Virus record (IMG/VR): IMGVR_UViG_3300039441_000062 | Location: 1-43,239 of that record | Source of the DNA: a virus | Lineage: Duplodnaviria > Caudoviricetes | DNA: 43,239 bases | Strand: one strand, 5' to 3' | Shown: positions 28,074-36,321 of the stretch, piece by piece | Layout: each line of letters begins with the position of its first letter | Numbering within the stretch: position 1 is the stretch's first letter | Notes under the pieces: generated by a model | Told to the model about the DNA's origin: nothing | What the model saw: only the letters and a program-made list of their open reading frames with translations | Database searches by the model: none | Made by a program: the position numbers and the translations under genes

Positions 28074-28234
28074 ACGGTCCAATCTGTTTCTTCATCAAAT
28101 AATTTAGTCCCGAGATACGCTTCTCCGGCTTTCATCATTGCGTCTAAGTCTGGCGCCTCATGCTGGAGCTCTAGCTGTTCGTTTGTCGCGTAATACTCCA
28201 GCACATAATAGTGGTTCGTGTGTTGGGTGTTCAT
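28070..28234 (-). CDS. Hypothetical 54-aa acidic protein (not in ORF track)
   Basis: MNTQHTNHYYVLE...; ATGA coupling at both ends. Confidence 0.55.
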   Translation of the reverse strand: MNTQHTNHYYVLEYYATNEQLELQHEAPDLDAMMKAGEAYLGTKLFDEETDWTV

Positions 28235-28416
28235 TCTGGATCCGGCGCTCCCTTCGCCATATCCTTATTAATCTCGGCTTTAGCTGCCCGAAGAGTATTG
28301 TGCACGCGACGTTCCCACTTACCCTGTGAATTAAGGATATTAAATACCCAAACTCGCTCTAAGCGTTGGTAACGAATTGTCCGCCCTTTGTAATAAATAA
28401 TGTGTTTGGTGTTCAT
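28231..28416 (-). CDS. Hypothetical protein
   Basis: MNTKHIIYYKGRTI...TLRAAKAEI; ATGA coupling. Confidence 0.6.
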   Translation of the reverse strand: MNTKHIIYYKGRTIRYQRLERVWVFNILNSQGKWERRVHNTLRAAKAEINKDMAKGAPDPE

Positions 28417-28655
28417 AGCCGCTCTCCGGTGTATTGCAGGTAACAGTGGATACAGCAAAACGGTCCTTGGGCTTGACCCTTGGTTCCCCCGTCCGACTCC
28501 CAATAGTAATAGAACATTCGCCGGCTTCGCCGTTCATCCCCGCACCAATTACAGGGAGTCCGAGCGGTTCCGCGCGGCGCCGTCCGCCGCATCAATGACA
28601 TTCGCGCAAACGAGTTGCGCCTGATCTGAGTTGCTTGGTTCGTGTGTGTTTTCAT
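28413..28655 (-). CDS. Small zinc-finger protein
   Basis: CNWCG...FCCIHC. Confidence 0.65.
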   Translation of the reverse strand: MKTHTNQATQIRRNSFARMSLMRRTAPRGTARTPCNWCGDERRSRRMFYYYWESDGGTKGQAQGPFCCIHCYLQYTGERL

Positions 28656-28716
28656 AATCTGCTTTGCTGGCCCTCTCCCCCGCAGAAGAAGGCCAGCCCT
28701 AGCAGGCTATGGCCTC

Positions 28717-29829
28717 CTAGCGAACGAGAAGCTTGCTAGCCTCGCGTTCAAAGTCTACCCTGGCGTCTTGGTGCGGGATACCCCTTGCGTAAGCTGTAGC
28801 CGCCGTTACGACATCCCAACGTGTCTCTATCGGGCGACCCTCTTCTAGCTCGTGAGTGTCTGAGATCGTCTTGACAATGCGCGGCCCGAACCGGTTCGCC
28901 AGAAACTCTTGCACGTCCGCTAGCTTGTCTGCTTGCGCGTCACGAATAGCATCCTCGATCCCTCGCGTGCTCGCATTCGCGTACGATTGCAGTGCCGGCC
29001 TGATTTCCTCCAAGTAACGGTCAGGGGCGCTAATGGTATGCCGCAGCTTAAATTCACGGTATCCTTCCATCCCCCAAACAATCCGGTTGCAGCACGCGAA
29101 ATCAAAAGCAAACAGTCCCAGACCGAAAGTCTTCGATCCCACTTCGCTATTCCACAGATAGATACCTTTGGCCATCGTCCCATCCTTCCCATCCCTGCGG
29201 TTCGGCACTGTGATCCGGTTGTCCTCGTCCGCCAAAAAAATGAACATGTCGCGGTCAGAGGCATACAACGTCGTGTTCTCCCTGGTCACCGTGATCGCTT
29301 TTCCAAACTCACCCGGTACTTTCCATGTCCCCGTGATCCCGTCCCCAACATAGTGTACAAGCGCGTCTAAAACCTGATGATTCCAGATCCGCCCATAGTT
29401 CGGACCCGTCGCCGCCCTAAGTTCGTTCTTCCCGTTCGCGTACAGCAAACAGCCGATATCTTCCGCGCTCCGCAAATGCCGCAACCCGTAATTAATGCAA
29501 TCCGCCGCCATTGGACCTGGCAAACTCCGTAAATAGCCCGCTGGAGCCCCCGCTAGGGTGGCTAGCTGACCGAATGACCAATTAGTAGGCTCGTAACCGT
29601 GCCCATTAGGCCCGACAAGTTCTAGGGCATTTACCGGGTCCGCATCCTGCGGCTGCACCTTTACTTGATGCGTACTCGCAACCACTTGCCGGCTCCGGCT
29701 CCGAACCAACCGAAAATGTTCTTGCATCTCGGTCAGTGAAAGAAACCTCTCATCCTCAGGCCTCTTTGCCCATTCGTTGTGTGCCCGGTACTCTGCTGAC
29801 CCGTCATTCTTTATCTGAAACGTTCTCAT
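28717..29829 (-). CDS. DUF932/DUF945-like phage/plasmid early protein
   Basis: WAKRPEDERF, PTNWSFGQL..L.GAPA.YL, LYASDRDMF.FL, NSEVGSKT, C.NRIVWG. Confidence 0.8.
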   Translation of the reverse strand: MRTFQIKNDGSAEYRAHNEWAKRPEDERFLSLTEMQEHFRLVRSRSRQVVASTHQVKVQPQDADPVNALELVGPNGHGYEPTNWSFGQLATLAGAPAGYLRSLPGPMAADCINYGLRHLRSAEDIGCLLYANGKNELRAATGPNYGRIWNHQVLDALVHYVGDGITGTWKVPGEFGKAITVTRENTTLYASDRDMFIFLADEDNRITVPNRRDGKDGTMAKGIYLWNSEVGSKTFGLGLFAFDFACCNRIVWGMEGYREFKLRHTISAPDRYLEEIRPALQSYANASTRGIEDAIRDAQADKLADVQEFLANRFGPRIVKTISDTHELEEGRPIETRWDVVTAATAYARGIPHQDARVDFEREASKLLVR

Positions 29830-29949
29830 AATCTCGTTTTTCTTTCGTGTGTGTTTTCTGGTTCTTGGTTTCGTTCTCGCTTTCACCCGCTCTCGGGCTG
29901 GCCTATCCTTTCGCATGTAGAAAAAACCTTGTCAAATTATTTGTGCAAA

Positions 29950-29997
29950 AATTGCAATTCCCCGAGGGGAAATATTTGTTTGACACCCTAAACAAAT
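29950..29997. promoter_or_regulatory. Cluster of palindromes overlapping a TTGACA (candidate operators)
   Basis: AATTGCAATT 29950-59; TTCCCC-GA-GGGGAA 29958-71; ATTTGTTT-N8-AAACAAAT 29974-97 spanning TTGACA 29980-85; a minus-strand TTGACA lies at 29930-35. Confidence 0.5.
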
Positions 29998-30149
29998 CGT
30001 GAAATGTAATCTATATGATTTACGTAGAGATTTATAATCACCATAAGTTCATACCACCCATATTATGGAAATTCGACGCAAAACCATAACTTCTCCGCCG
30101 CAAAACTATAACCCGCGCCCTCCTGCCCTAATTATTAATTGTCATCCAT

Positions 30150-30178
30150 TTGACGGGCCTTTTAGACCGTGTTATTGT
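30150..30178 (+). promoter_or_regulatory. Sigma70-type promoter
   Basis: TTGACG-17 nt-TATTGT with TG extended -10 element. Confidence 0.6.
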
Positions 30179-30183
30179 CCGGT

Positions 30184-30250
30184 CGCTTGATTACGTTTGC
30201 TTCGTGTGTGGTGCCCGGTGGGTGGTTCTCCCTGCCGGGCATCTTTTTTT
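30184..30250 (+). ncRNA. Candidate ~65-nt small regulatory RNA
   Basis: Bounded by promoter 30150-78 and an intrinsic terminator; no ORF; GU-rich seed TTCGTGTGTG at 30201-30210. Confidence 0.5.
30210..30250 (+). terminator. Intrinsic terminator
   Basis: GGTGCCCGGTGGG / CCTGCCGGGCATC stem followed by T7. Confidence 0.8.
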
Positions 30251-30586
30251 AGTCTATTTTATATGACGCTTATTGGGTGATGTTACGCATATATTGTTGT
30301 CGTAACACGCACGGGTGCAGGTTCTTACGAGGTTGAACAGTGTTCAGGGCACCAACCAGGGGAGCACGATAGCACCCGCTCACGCTCTAAAGATTTGATT
30401 TGACAATTCGTTCTACGAAGTAGAAGGGCGTTGTGTTTCGTTCGCGCGTGATTTCAAAGCGTTAAAAGCGGATGGGGGCTAAGCCCTGGCACCAAGATCG
30501 GGCACAAGCGGGCGACGGTTTTCCCGGCAGATTGGTCGCCTCGCCAAGCATTTAAAAGCTCAACAAAAAACTCTCGCAAAAAGGGA

Positions 30587-30624
30587 TTGCGTGAGCGTGT
30601 CGTGAAGGCTTAAGATTCACGACA
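30587..30624 (+). promoter_or_regulatory. Promoter with overlapping operator for the replication operon
   Basis: TTGCGT-18-TAAGAT overlapped by perfect inverted repeat TGTCGTGAA-N9-TTCACGACA (30598-30624), 6 nt before ATG 30631. Confidence 0.55.
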
Positions 30625-30630
30625 AAACTG

Positions 30631-31359
30631 ATGGGATACACCAAGCTTTTTCAGAAGATATTGGCATCGTCGATCTGGAATGAGGACGATAAGACACGGT
30701 TGGTCTGGGTGACAATGTTGGCGTTGAGGAATGATCGGAACAAGGTTGAGGCGAGTGTTGGGGGATTGGCGCATCAAGCGAGGGTAAGCGTGGAAGATTG
30801 CCAGCGGGCATTGGTAAAATTGGAGAATGAAGATCCGGATGATTCGAGTGGGATATTGAACGGGCGGCGGGTGGAGAAAGTGCAAGGGGGATGGATCATC
30901 ATCAATGCAGAGGCGTACAAGCATGCCCAGGACGAGGATGAGGTGAGAGCGTATCATGCGGCCTACATGCGGGAGTGGCGGAAGCGGAAGAAGGGCGGGA
31001 GCGTGAATGTTGGCGTGAATGGAAATGAAGAATCGTTAAGCGATGTGAGCGATGTTAAGACAGCAGAGCAGAGCAGAACAGAACAGAGCAAAGAAGAAAG
31101 ACATCACGTGAAGAAAGGGGGTGCCGGGGGGAAGGAAGAAGACTTTCGCCTGAACGGTTCTGAGGAACCGAATTCAGGCCGCGCATCGCGTAAGCCTGTT
31201 GTGATGACGATGAAGGCAATTGAGGAGCTAAAGACCAACCCTGCCTATGAAGGGATTGATGTGAATAAAGAAGCCTGGAAGTTTAAACAATGGTGTGAAA
31301 CGAATAAGAAGGTGGCCAGTGAACGCCGATTTGTTAACTGGTTAAATAAGATTGTATGA
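30631..31359 (+). CDS. Phage replication initiator (lambda O / replisome-organiser-like)
   Basis: YTKLF..IL.SSIW, VWVTMLAL, GRRVEKVQGGW.I.N, R..HAAYMREWR, low-complexity linker with repeats, F.NWL C-terminus. Confidence 0.75.
   Translation: MGYTKLFQKILASSIWNEDDKTRLVWVTMLALRNDRNKVEASVGGLAHQARVSVEDCQRALVKLENEDPDDSSGILNGRRVEKVQGGWIIINAEAYKHAQDEDEVRAYHAAYMREWRKRKKGGSVNVGVNGNEESLSDVSDVKTAEQSRTEQSKEERHHVKKGGAGGKEEDFRLNGSEEPNSGRASRKPVVMTMKAIEELKTNPAYEGIDVNKEAWKFKQWCETNKKVASERRFVNWLNKIV
31001..31090 (+). repeat. Iteron-like short direct repeats in the initiator gene (candidate origin)
   Basis: GCGTGAATG x2 (31001, 31013), AGCGATGT x2 (31039, 31048), CAGA(G/A) x5 (31064-31088). Confidence 0.5.
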
Positions 31360-31835
31360 AAGATTATCTACCGGATGCAAAGTTTAACCCTAACGATGAA
31401 CCGATAGGGGATAAGCGTTGGTGGTTTCATGAGATCTACCGCAGAAGCGGAATGGTATGGTTAGGGCCAGAACCGGATGAATACTCACCCCATACGCGGA
31501 CAGAAGAGTTAGCGATAGAGTCAGCTTTACGCACTGGTGAGTTATGGCCGCGCAACGACGCGGAGCATCGCTACGTTGAGTTTATGGGAGCATTTAAACG
31601 GCAGGCGCCTGAGAAATGGGTGGTATGTCGGCGTTGTGGAGTGGAATGGAAAGCAAAAGGGTTTCCGGCAGGTCGGATGGTAGACATCGCCACAATACCG
31701 GGCCAGCAAGGGGGTTGGTTATTTCCGCAGATCTGTATTTGCTGTGATGATCTGATGCAAGCGGAAGCCCGACCTCAGCCTAAACCGAAAGAGGAAAAAG
31801 AGAAGGTGGTGAGACATCCTTTCAAAGACGCATGA
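31356..31835 (+). CDS. Hypothetical Zn-binding protein (possible loader-like partner of initiator)
   Basis: CRRC...CICC; ATGA-coupled to the initiator. Confidence 0.55.
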   Translation: MKDYLPDAKFNPNDEPIGDKRWWFHEIYRRSGMVWLGPEPDEYSPHTRTEELAIESALRTGELWPRNDAEHRYVEFMGAFKRQAPEKWVVCRRCGVEWKAKGFPAGRMVDIATIPGQQGGWLFPQICICCDDLMQAEARPQPKPKEEKEKVVRHPFKDA

Positions 31836-31966
31836 AACTGACAGAACTATTAGCGGCCTTCGCTATTAACGCGGTGATTGGGATTTGCGGGATCGGGTTC
31901 GTGTTAATGTTAGCTTGGTTAGTGCAACTACTGTTTTGGTTATATCCATGGCGAGGATATGACTAG
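31832..31966 (+). CDS. 44-aa membrane peptide (not in ORF track)
   Basis: MKLTELLAAFAINAVIGICGIGFVLMLAWLV...; ATGA coupling. Confidence 0.5.
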   Translation: MKLTELLAAFAINAVIGICGIGFVLMLAWLVQLLFWLYPWRGYD

Positions 31967-32168
31967 GCAAGAGTTAGATGCATTGTTGCGGGCGATGAAC
32001 GCAGCCAAGGGCAAAGAATCACCGGTAGCAGTTGGCTTTGAGTATGCCAAAGTGTTAGTAACCTGTGCGATCTGTGGAGTAGCGACGGCGCGGCCGGTTA
32101 GAATTTGGAAGGATGGGAAAACGTTAGTGGATGTGTGTAAACCGTGCCAACGTAACCGGAGCAAATGA
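31959..32168 (+). CDS. Small zinc-finger protein
   Basis: CAIC...CKPC; GAGG upstream. Confidence 0.6.
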   Translation: MTRQELDALLRAMNAAKGKESPVAVGFEYAKVLVTCAICGVATARPVRIWKDGKTLVDVCKPCQRNRSK

Positions 32169-32449
32169 GCAATGAACCGAAATCAGTCCCGATTCTTAGG
32201 CGCAAATACCATTGCTCAGGCCGAGCCTGCCGGTGGTGCGGGACGCGGATGGCAGTGCTGCTCAAACGGGATCACCGGGAATGGATGTTTTGCTCTGACC
32301 CGTGCAAAGACGCCTGGGATAATGCTTGGCGGCATTTTCGGATCGTGAAAAAAAAGCGCTTGCCGGAAACAAAAAAAAGCCGTAAACGTTTTTCCCGTGA
32401 ACACCCCACCGATGGACAAGGTTCAATTCGTCACCCAGATCCTTTGTAA
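32165..32449 (+). CDS. Small basic zinc-finger (TRASH-like) protein
   Basis: CRWCG...FCSDPC. Confidence 0.6.
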   Translation: MSNEPKSVPILRRKYHCSGRACRWCGTRMAVLLKRDHREWMFCSDPCKDAWDNAWRHFRIVKKKRLPETKKSRKRFSREHPTDGQGSIRHPDPL

Positions 32450-32654
32450 TTTTTCGGTAAACGGGTTACCGAATCTGTACCAGCAAAAAGAGTTCGAGAC
32501 GCCGGATCTCAAGGCTAGAAATGCGCTCTTGGTCGACGCGGTGGAAGACCTTTACCAGCGCTATGTCGAGTGCTGCGGCAAAGACCGGAGCAACATCGTG
32601 CAGGCTGGGATCGGGGTGGTGCAGAACCCTCAACCGTTCGGAGGAATCCGATGA
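32397..32654 (+). CDS. Hypothetical protein
   Basis: 85-aa ORF; stop coupled to next start. Confidence 0.55.
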   Translation: MNTPPMDKVQFVTQILCNFSVNGLPNLYQQKEFETPDLKARNALLVDAVEDLYQRYVECCGKDRSNIVQAGIGVVQNPQPFGGIR

Positions 32655-32833
32655 CATTTCGCTACGAACTTTCGTTCGAGTTCCAGGCGGAAAATTTTAT
32701 CCACGCCCAGCGAATCGTTGAGCAAACTGCATTGATTGCCAGCGATCTGGTACAGACCGATGCGAAGTTGTTTGCGACCGAGGAAGCCATGGTGAAACAT
32801 TGGGAGCGAAACCCGGAGGTGCGCTGCGAATGA
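32651..32833 (+). CDS. Hypothetical protein
   Basis: MTFRYELSFEF...; GGAGG upstream; ATGA coupling on both sides. Confidence 0.6.
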   Translation: MTFRYELSFEFQAENFIHAQRIVEQTALIASDLVQTDAKLFATEEAMVKHWERNPEVRCE

Positions 32834-33312
32834 AACGGCGAAACTTTCTCGGGTTACTCGGGTTGGTAGCCGGCGCAGTCGGGCTCGGGATTAAGCCTTC
32901 CAAAACGCCTGATCCGGTTACGCGTGAAATCGTTGACCAGTACGCCGAATATCTCTCTGCTTTCGACGCAATCGAGGTGGGCGGAGTCCCGATCTATTGC
33001 GACCCGTATTGCCCGTCAAACAGCGTTTGCGTTCTGCCCGATAAGGTGGACCAGGCGCGCTGGTACGATGCGGACACGCCAGCCTGGGAAGAATGGTGCG
33101 AAAACCACACTAGCGGGGAACGCGCCATGGCACTGTGCTCGGTCGTTGCTTTTGTGAAAGAGTTTGGCGATCTGCCGAAATTCGGGATTGTTCACCCTTC
33201 GCATTGGGCCGCGATGCGTCAGGAAGAGTTAGCGAGCAGTAACGGCCAGCGGACAGTTCATTTCTGGGGCGAAAGTTTAGTAGTTAAACTTAACCGGTTA
33301 GCTCATGCCTGA
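32830..33312 (+). CDS. Twin-arginine-signal protein containing rearranged major-capsid-derived blocks
   Basis: GGAGG and ATG 32830; MKRRNFLGLLGLVAGAVGLG; 17/22 and 13/35 aa identity to two capsid segments. Confidence 0.8.
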   Translation: MKRRNFLGLLGLVAGAVGLGIKPSKTPDPVTREIVDQYAEYLSAFDAIEVGGVPIYCDPYCPSNSVCVLPDKVDQARWYDADTPAWEEWCENHTSGERAMALCSVVAFVKEFGDLPKFGIVHPSHWAAMRQEELASSNGQRTVHFWGESLVVKLNRLAHA

Positions 33313-33970
33313 GCTAGTGCCAACGGTCGCCGACGCTGAGACTAAATCCGACATTGTTGAGATTGGTTGGGAACTTTTCCCTGAACACATCCTTGAAGCC
33401 CTGGACCTGCTCATGGTTCACTTGTGCATTCACGAAAAGTTAGTTCGAAAACCCGTTTACGCTCGACCAAAACTTCATACGGGTAAGATACTTGACCCTG
33501 TACCGATGCGGCGGGCGATTCCTAATAAAGCCATATCGGCGGCGGCGCGTATTCTCTGGGTGGGTAGAAGTTATGCGCCCCAAGACGGCATGGCTTACTG
33601 GCATGTGGATAACTGGGGCACCTGGAAACAACGTCTGATCTTAGCCGGGATAGATCAAAAGACCTGCGAGGTAGATAATCATCGACGCTGGGCGTTCTGT
33701 TACATGCAACTAACCGAAGAAAGAAATCCGCACTTTAGTCAGACTCGCCAAGTGAAGTTAATCGATTCTAATTTACCTACGCCCGATCTGGTGCCGAAGG
33801 TTCATCAGAGAAAGGTGTTAACTAACAAAGCTAAGACGCGGATCAAGAAAAAGCTGAACGATAAAGCCAAGTGCGAGCAACAGGAACAGGAAGAACGCGG
33901 GTTTACTATGCATAATCTTGGTACCGTTAGCTCGGTTACTGATAGGTTTGGGCGCCGGATCGATTACTAA
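33305..33970 (+). CDS. Hypothetical protein upstream of TerL (terminase small subunit candidate by position only)
   Basis: 221 aa; TAATG-coupled to terL; no diagnostic motif recognised. Confidence 0.5.
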   Translation: MPELVPTVADAETKSDIVEIGWELFPEHILEALDLLMVHLCIHEKLVRKPVYARPKLHTGKILDPVPMRRAIPNKAISAAARILWVGRSYAPQDGMAYWHVDNWGTWKQRLILAGIDQKTCEVDNHRRWAFCYMQLTEERNPHFSQTRQVKLIDSNLPTPDLVPKVHQRKVLTNKAKTRIKKKLNDKAKCEQQEQEERGFTMHNLGTVSSVTDRFGRRIDY

Positions 33971-35913
33971 TGAAATTCGACCGGGAACATTTCCTAACCT
34001 TTGCTAGTAAGTTAACTATTCCTTCGAAGGAAGGTCAGGAAGATGAGGACGGCGGACACACTCAGTTAGTACCGCTGATCCCAATAGCCACTCAGCGTTA
34101 TTTTCTCGATAGGTTCGAGATCGGCTGGAAAAAAGGGATTCGGTTTTTCGTAGTCTTAAAGTGCCGGCAATCCGGTATGACCACCCTGGGCCTCGCCATG
34201 GATCTTTATTGGTCATTCATGGTGAAAGGATTGGTTCACAACTTTATCGGGGATACCGCCAAGGTCACGCATTACAACCGGAATTTGTGCCGGCGCTTTG
34301 TGCACAGCCTCCAGAAACATCCGGTGTGGCGTTACGAGATCGTGGACGACAACGAAGATCTGATGTCGTTCTCGAATGATTCGATTCTCAACTGGCACGT
34401 GGCTAACGTGCGCAGAGGTGGCGGGCTGGGCAGATCTATCGGTGCATCAGCCGCGCATGGGACCGAGGTCGGTGGCTGGGAAGATGAAGACGGCGCCGAT
34501 TCATTGATGTCGTCCCTGGCCGAGACGAGCCCGAACCGGGTGTTCCTATGGGAAGGAACAGCCAGCGGGCCTGGGTTCTTCCAAGACATGTGCAAGGGCG
34601 CGGCTCGTGGGACCGAATCAACCGAGATGTTCATTTTCATCGGCTGGTGGCTGCATCCCTGGTACCGGATGTATCCAGATCGGTTCGAGCAACACCAGCA
34701 GATCTATCAGATTTACTGGGAATCTAATCCGGTCTTGAGCCGGGAAGAACTGTTCTGGGTAGATATGGTGAAGCGACGGTACGGATTCACGATTGAGCCT
34801 GAGCAGATGGCTTGGTGGCGCTGGCATCTGAAGCAGCGTAAACGCGGCAACCTGGACATGATGTATCAGGAATACCCACCTATCCCTGAGAAAGCGTGGC
34901 AATACGGCGCGAGAAGCTTCTTCGCGTCAAATCGGTTGATTGAACGCGAAACCATCATTGTCGAAACTCGAGATGACCACAAAGATTATTTTCGGTTCCA
35001 ACTCAAGTTGGGAAGGGACACGACTCATTTCAATGACTCGGATTTAGTGCGGGTTGATCCGAAAGAAAATTTTTACGATATCGTGATGTGGGATCCGCCC
35101 CAGCCGCACCATGATCTTTACCGAACCGTGATCGGAGTGGACCCTATTCATGGTGCCGACGAACAATCCAATGAGGCGGCAGTGCAGGTATTCATTTGCT
35201 ACACTGATTGTTATGTGCAGGCTGCAGAGTTTAGTTCGAGCGGTATCCCTGCTTTCCAGCTTGCTTGGGTGGTGCTGCACTTAGCAGCGATCTATGGCGG
35301 TAATCCGCTTCTGTGTACCGAGCTTCAAGGCGGTGGGTTCGAGCTTCAGAACGAGATTCGCCGGCTACAGAACGGATTAGCTTTCGGCTATAGCAAGGTT
35401 TTAGAAAAAGCCTTCAGCGGATTACAGCATTACCGGTGGACACCGCTCGACCGGCAGCATCCAGGGACCGGTCAATCGCTTCATTACAAAACAACCCAAG
35501 AATCCAAGGAAGTAATGCTGGAAGCGCTCAAGCATTATTTCGAGCGCAACATGTGTCTGGTGCGCAGCCCACGGTTACTGAAACAGATGGCGTCTTGCTC
35601 ATGGACAAAGCAAGGTGATCTCGATGTGCCGCGTCCGAGCGATCTCGTGATGGCGGCAGGGTTCGCTACTATGGCGTATAAACAGTGTCTTGATACCGAT
35701 ATCGGAGGGACGAACCATACCCGAGCAGCCTGGGAAAAACATCTGCGAGAGTCACAAGGCCAGACCCGAGAAGAGTTCTTGTGTAACATGCTACAGAATT
35801 GGGCTGATACCCGTACTTTACAAGTCCATCAAGAAGAACTAGAAATGCAAGAACTCCGTGAAGCGCGCGAGGGGTTGGCCGATGATCGCGGTTGGACAAG
35901 GTTGAACCGATGA
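33970..35913 (+). CDS. terL: Terminase large subunit
   Basis: Walker A LKCRQSGMTT, Walker B AHGTEV, coupling motif WEGTASG, QEYP, RNase H-like VIGVDP and SDLVMA. Confidence 0.93.
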   Translation: MKFDREHFLTFASKLTIPSKEGQEDEDGGHTQLVPLIPIATQRYFLDRFEIGWKKGIRFFVVLKCRQSGMTTLGLAMDLYWSFMVKGLVHNFIGDTAKVTHYNRNLCRRFVHSLQKHPVWRYEIVDDNEDLMSFSNDSILNWHVANVRRGGGLGRSIGASAAHGTEVGGWEDEDGADSLMSSLAETSPNRVFLWEGTASGPGFFQDMCKGAARGTESTEMFIFIGWWLHPWYRMYPDRFEQHQQIYQIYWESNPVLSREELFWVDMVKRRYGFTIEPEQMAWWRWHLKQRKRGNLDMMYQEYPPIPEKAWQYGARSFFASNRLIERETIIVETRDDHKDYFRFQLKLGRDTTHFNDSDLVRVDPKENFYDIVMWDPPQPHHDLYRTVIGVDPIHGADEQSNEAAVQVFICYTDCYVQAAEFSSSGIPAFQLAWVVLHLAAIYGGNPLLCTELQGGGFELQNEIRRLQNGLAFGYSKVLEKAFSGLQHYRWTPLDRQHPGTGQSLHYKTTQESKEVMLEALKHYFERNMCLVRSPRLLKQMASCSWTKQGDLDVPRPSDLVMAAGFATMAYKQCLDTDIGGTNHTRAAWEKHLRESQGQTREEFLCNMLQNWADTRTLQVHQEELEMQELREAREGLADDRGWTRLNR

Positions 35914-36206
35914 GTCTTTATAGCAGGCATAAAATCGAACGTGTGGAAAAGCCGTTCGCGCGCAAGGATTCGTTATACTGGTTGTTCGCGTTCGACCACG
36001 TTGACCTACGGGACAGTGAGCGTTGGTTCTGGTATAAGGGCGTACACAAACGGTTGCGCGAGGTTTATTGGATGCGTCGACGAAGAATCTGGCGAGATGT
36101 TGCCAAAGCAATGGTTGTTCAGATTTATAATTCTAGTCCATTAATTTTATCGCTTATAGACGATGCAAAAACAGACCAACATCAAACGGATGCGCAAGAT
36201 GATTAA
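35910..36206 (+). CDS. Hypothetical protein ending in a capsid-N-terminus-like motif
   Basis: ATGA-coupled to terL; VVQIYNSSPLILSLI versus capsid YAQIWNTSPTLVGLL. Confidence 0.55.
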   Translation: MSLYSRHKIERVEKPFARKDSLYWLFAFDHVDLRDSERWFWYKGVHKRLREVYWMRRRRIWRDVAKAMVVQIYNSSPLILSLIDDAKTDQHQTDAQDD

Positions 36207-36321
36207 AGGCGGGAACGATCTGTACGATTTGCCGCTTGAAACCTTGCGTCCGCGCCAGGCGCGCAGACTCGCCAACCAGTTCGTGCGAGCGGGAGGAAAA
36301 CTTAACCGTGCCGATCATTAA
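36163..36321 (+). CDS. Hypothetical 52-aa basic protein (not in ORF track)
   Basis: MQKQTNIKRMRK...; fills the gap before the zinc-ribbon gene. Confidence 0.45.
   Translation: MQKQTNIKRMRKMIKGGNDLYDLPLETLRPRQARRLANQFVRAGGKLNRADH

Noticed and set aside
29830-30630. CRISPR mini-array or tRNA in the large intergenic region
   Set aside because: No regularly spaced direct repeats and no cloverleaf with T-loop consensus found
32950-33015. Capsid-similar segment as a diversity-generating retroelement template/variable repeat
   Set aside because: Differences are mostly synonymous and not confined to adenines, and no reverse transcriptase is present
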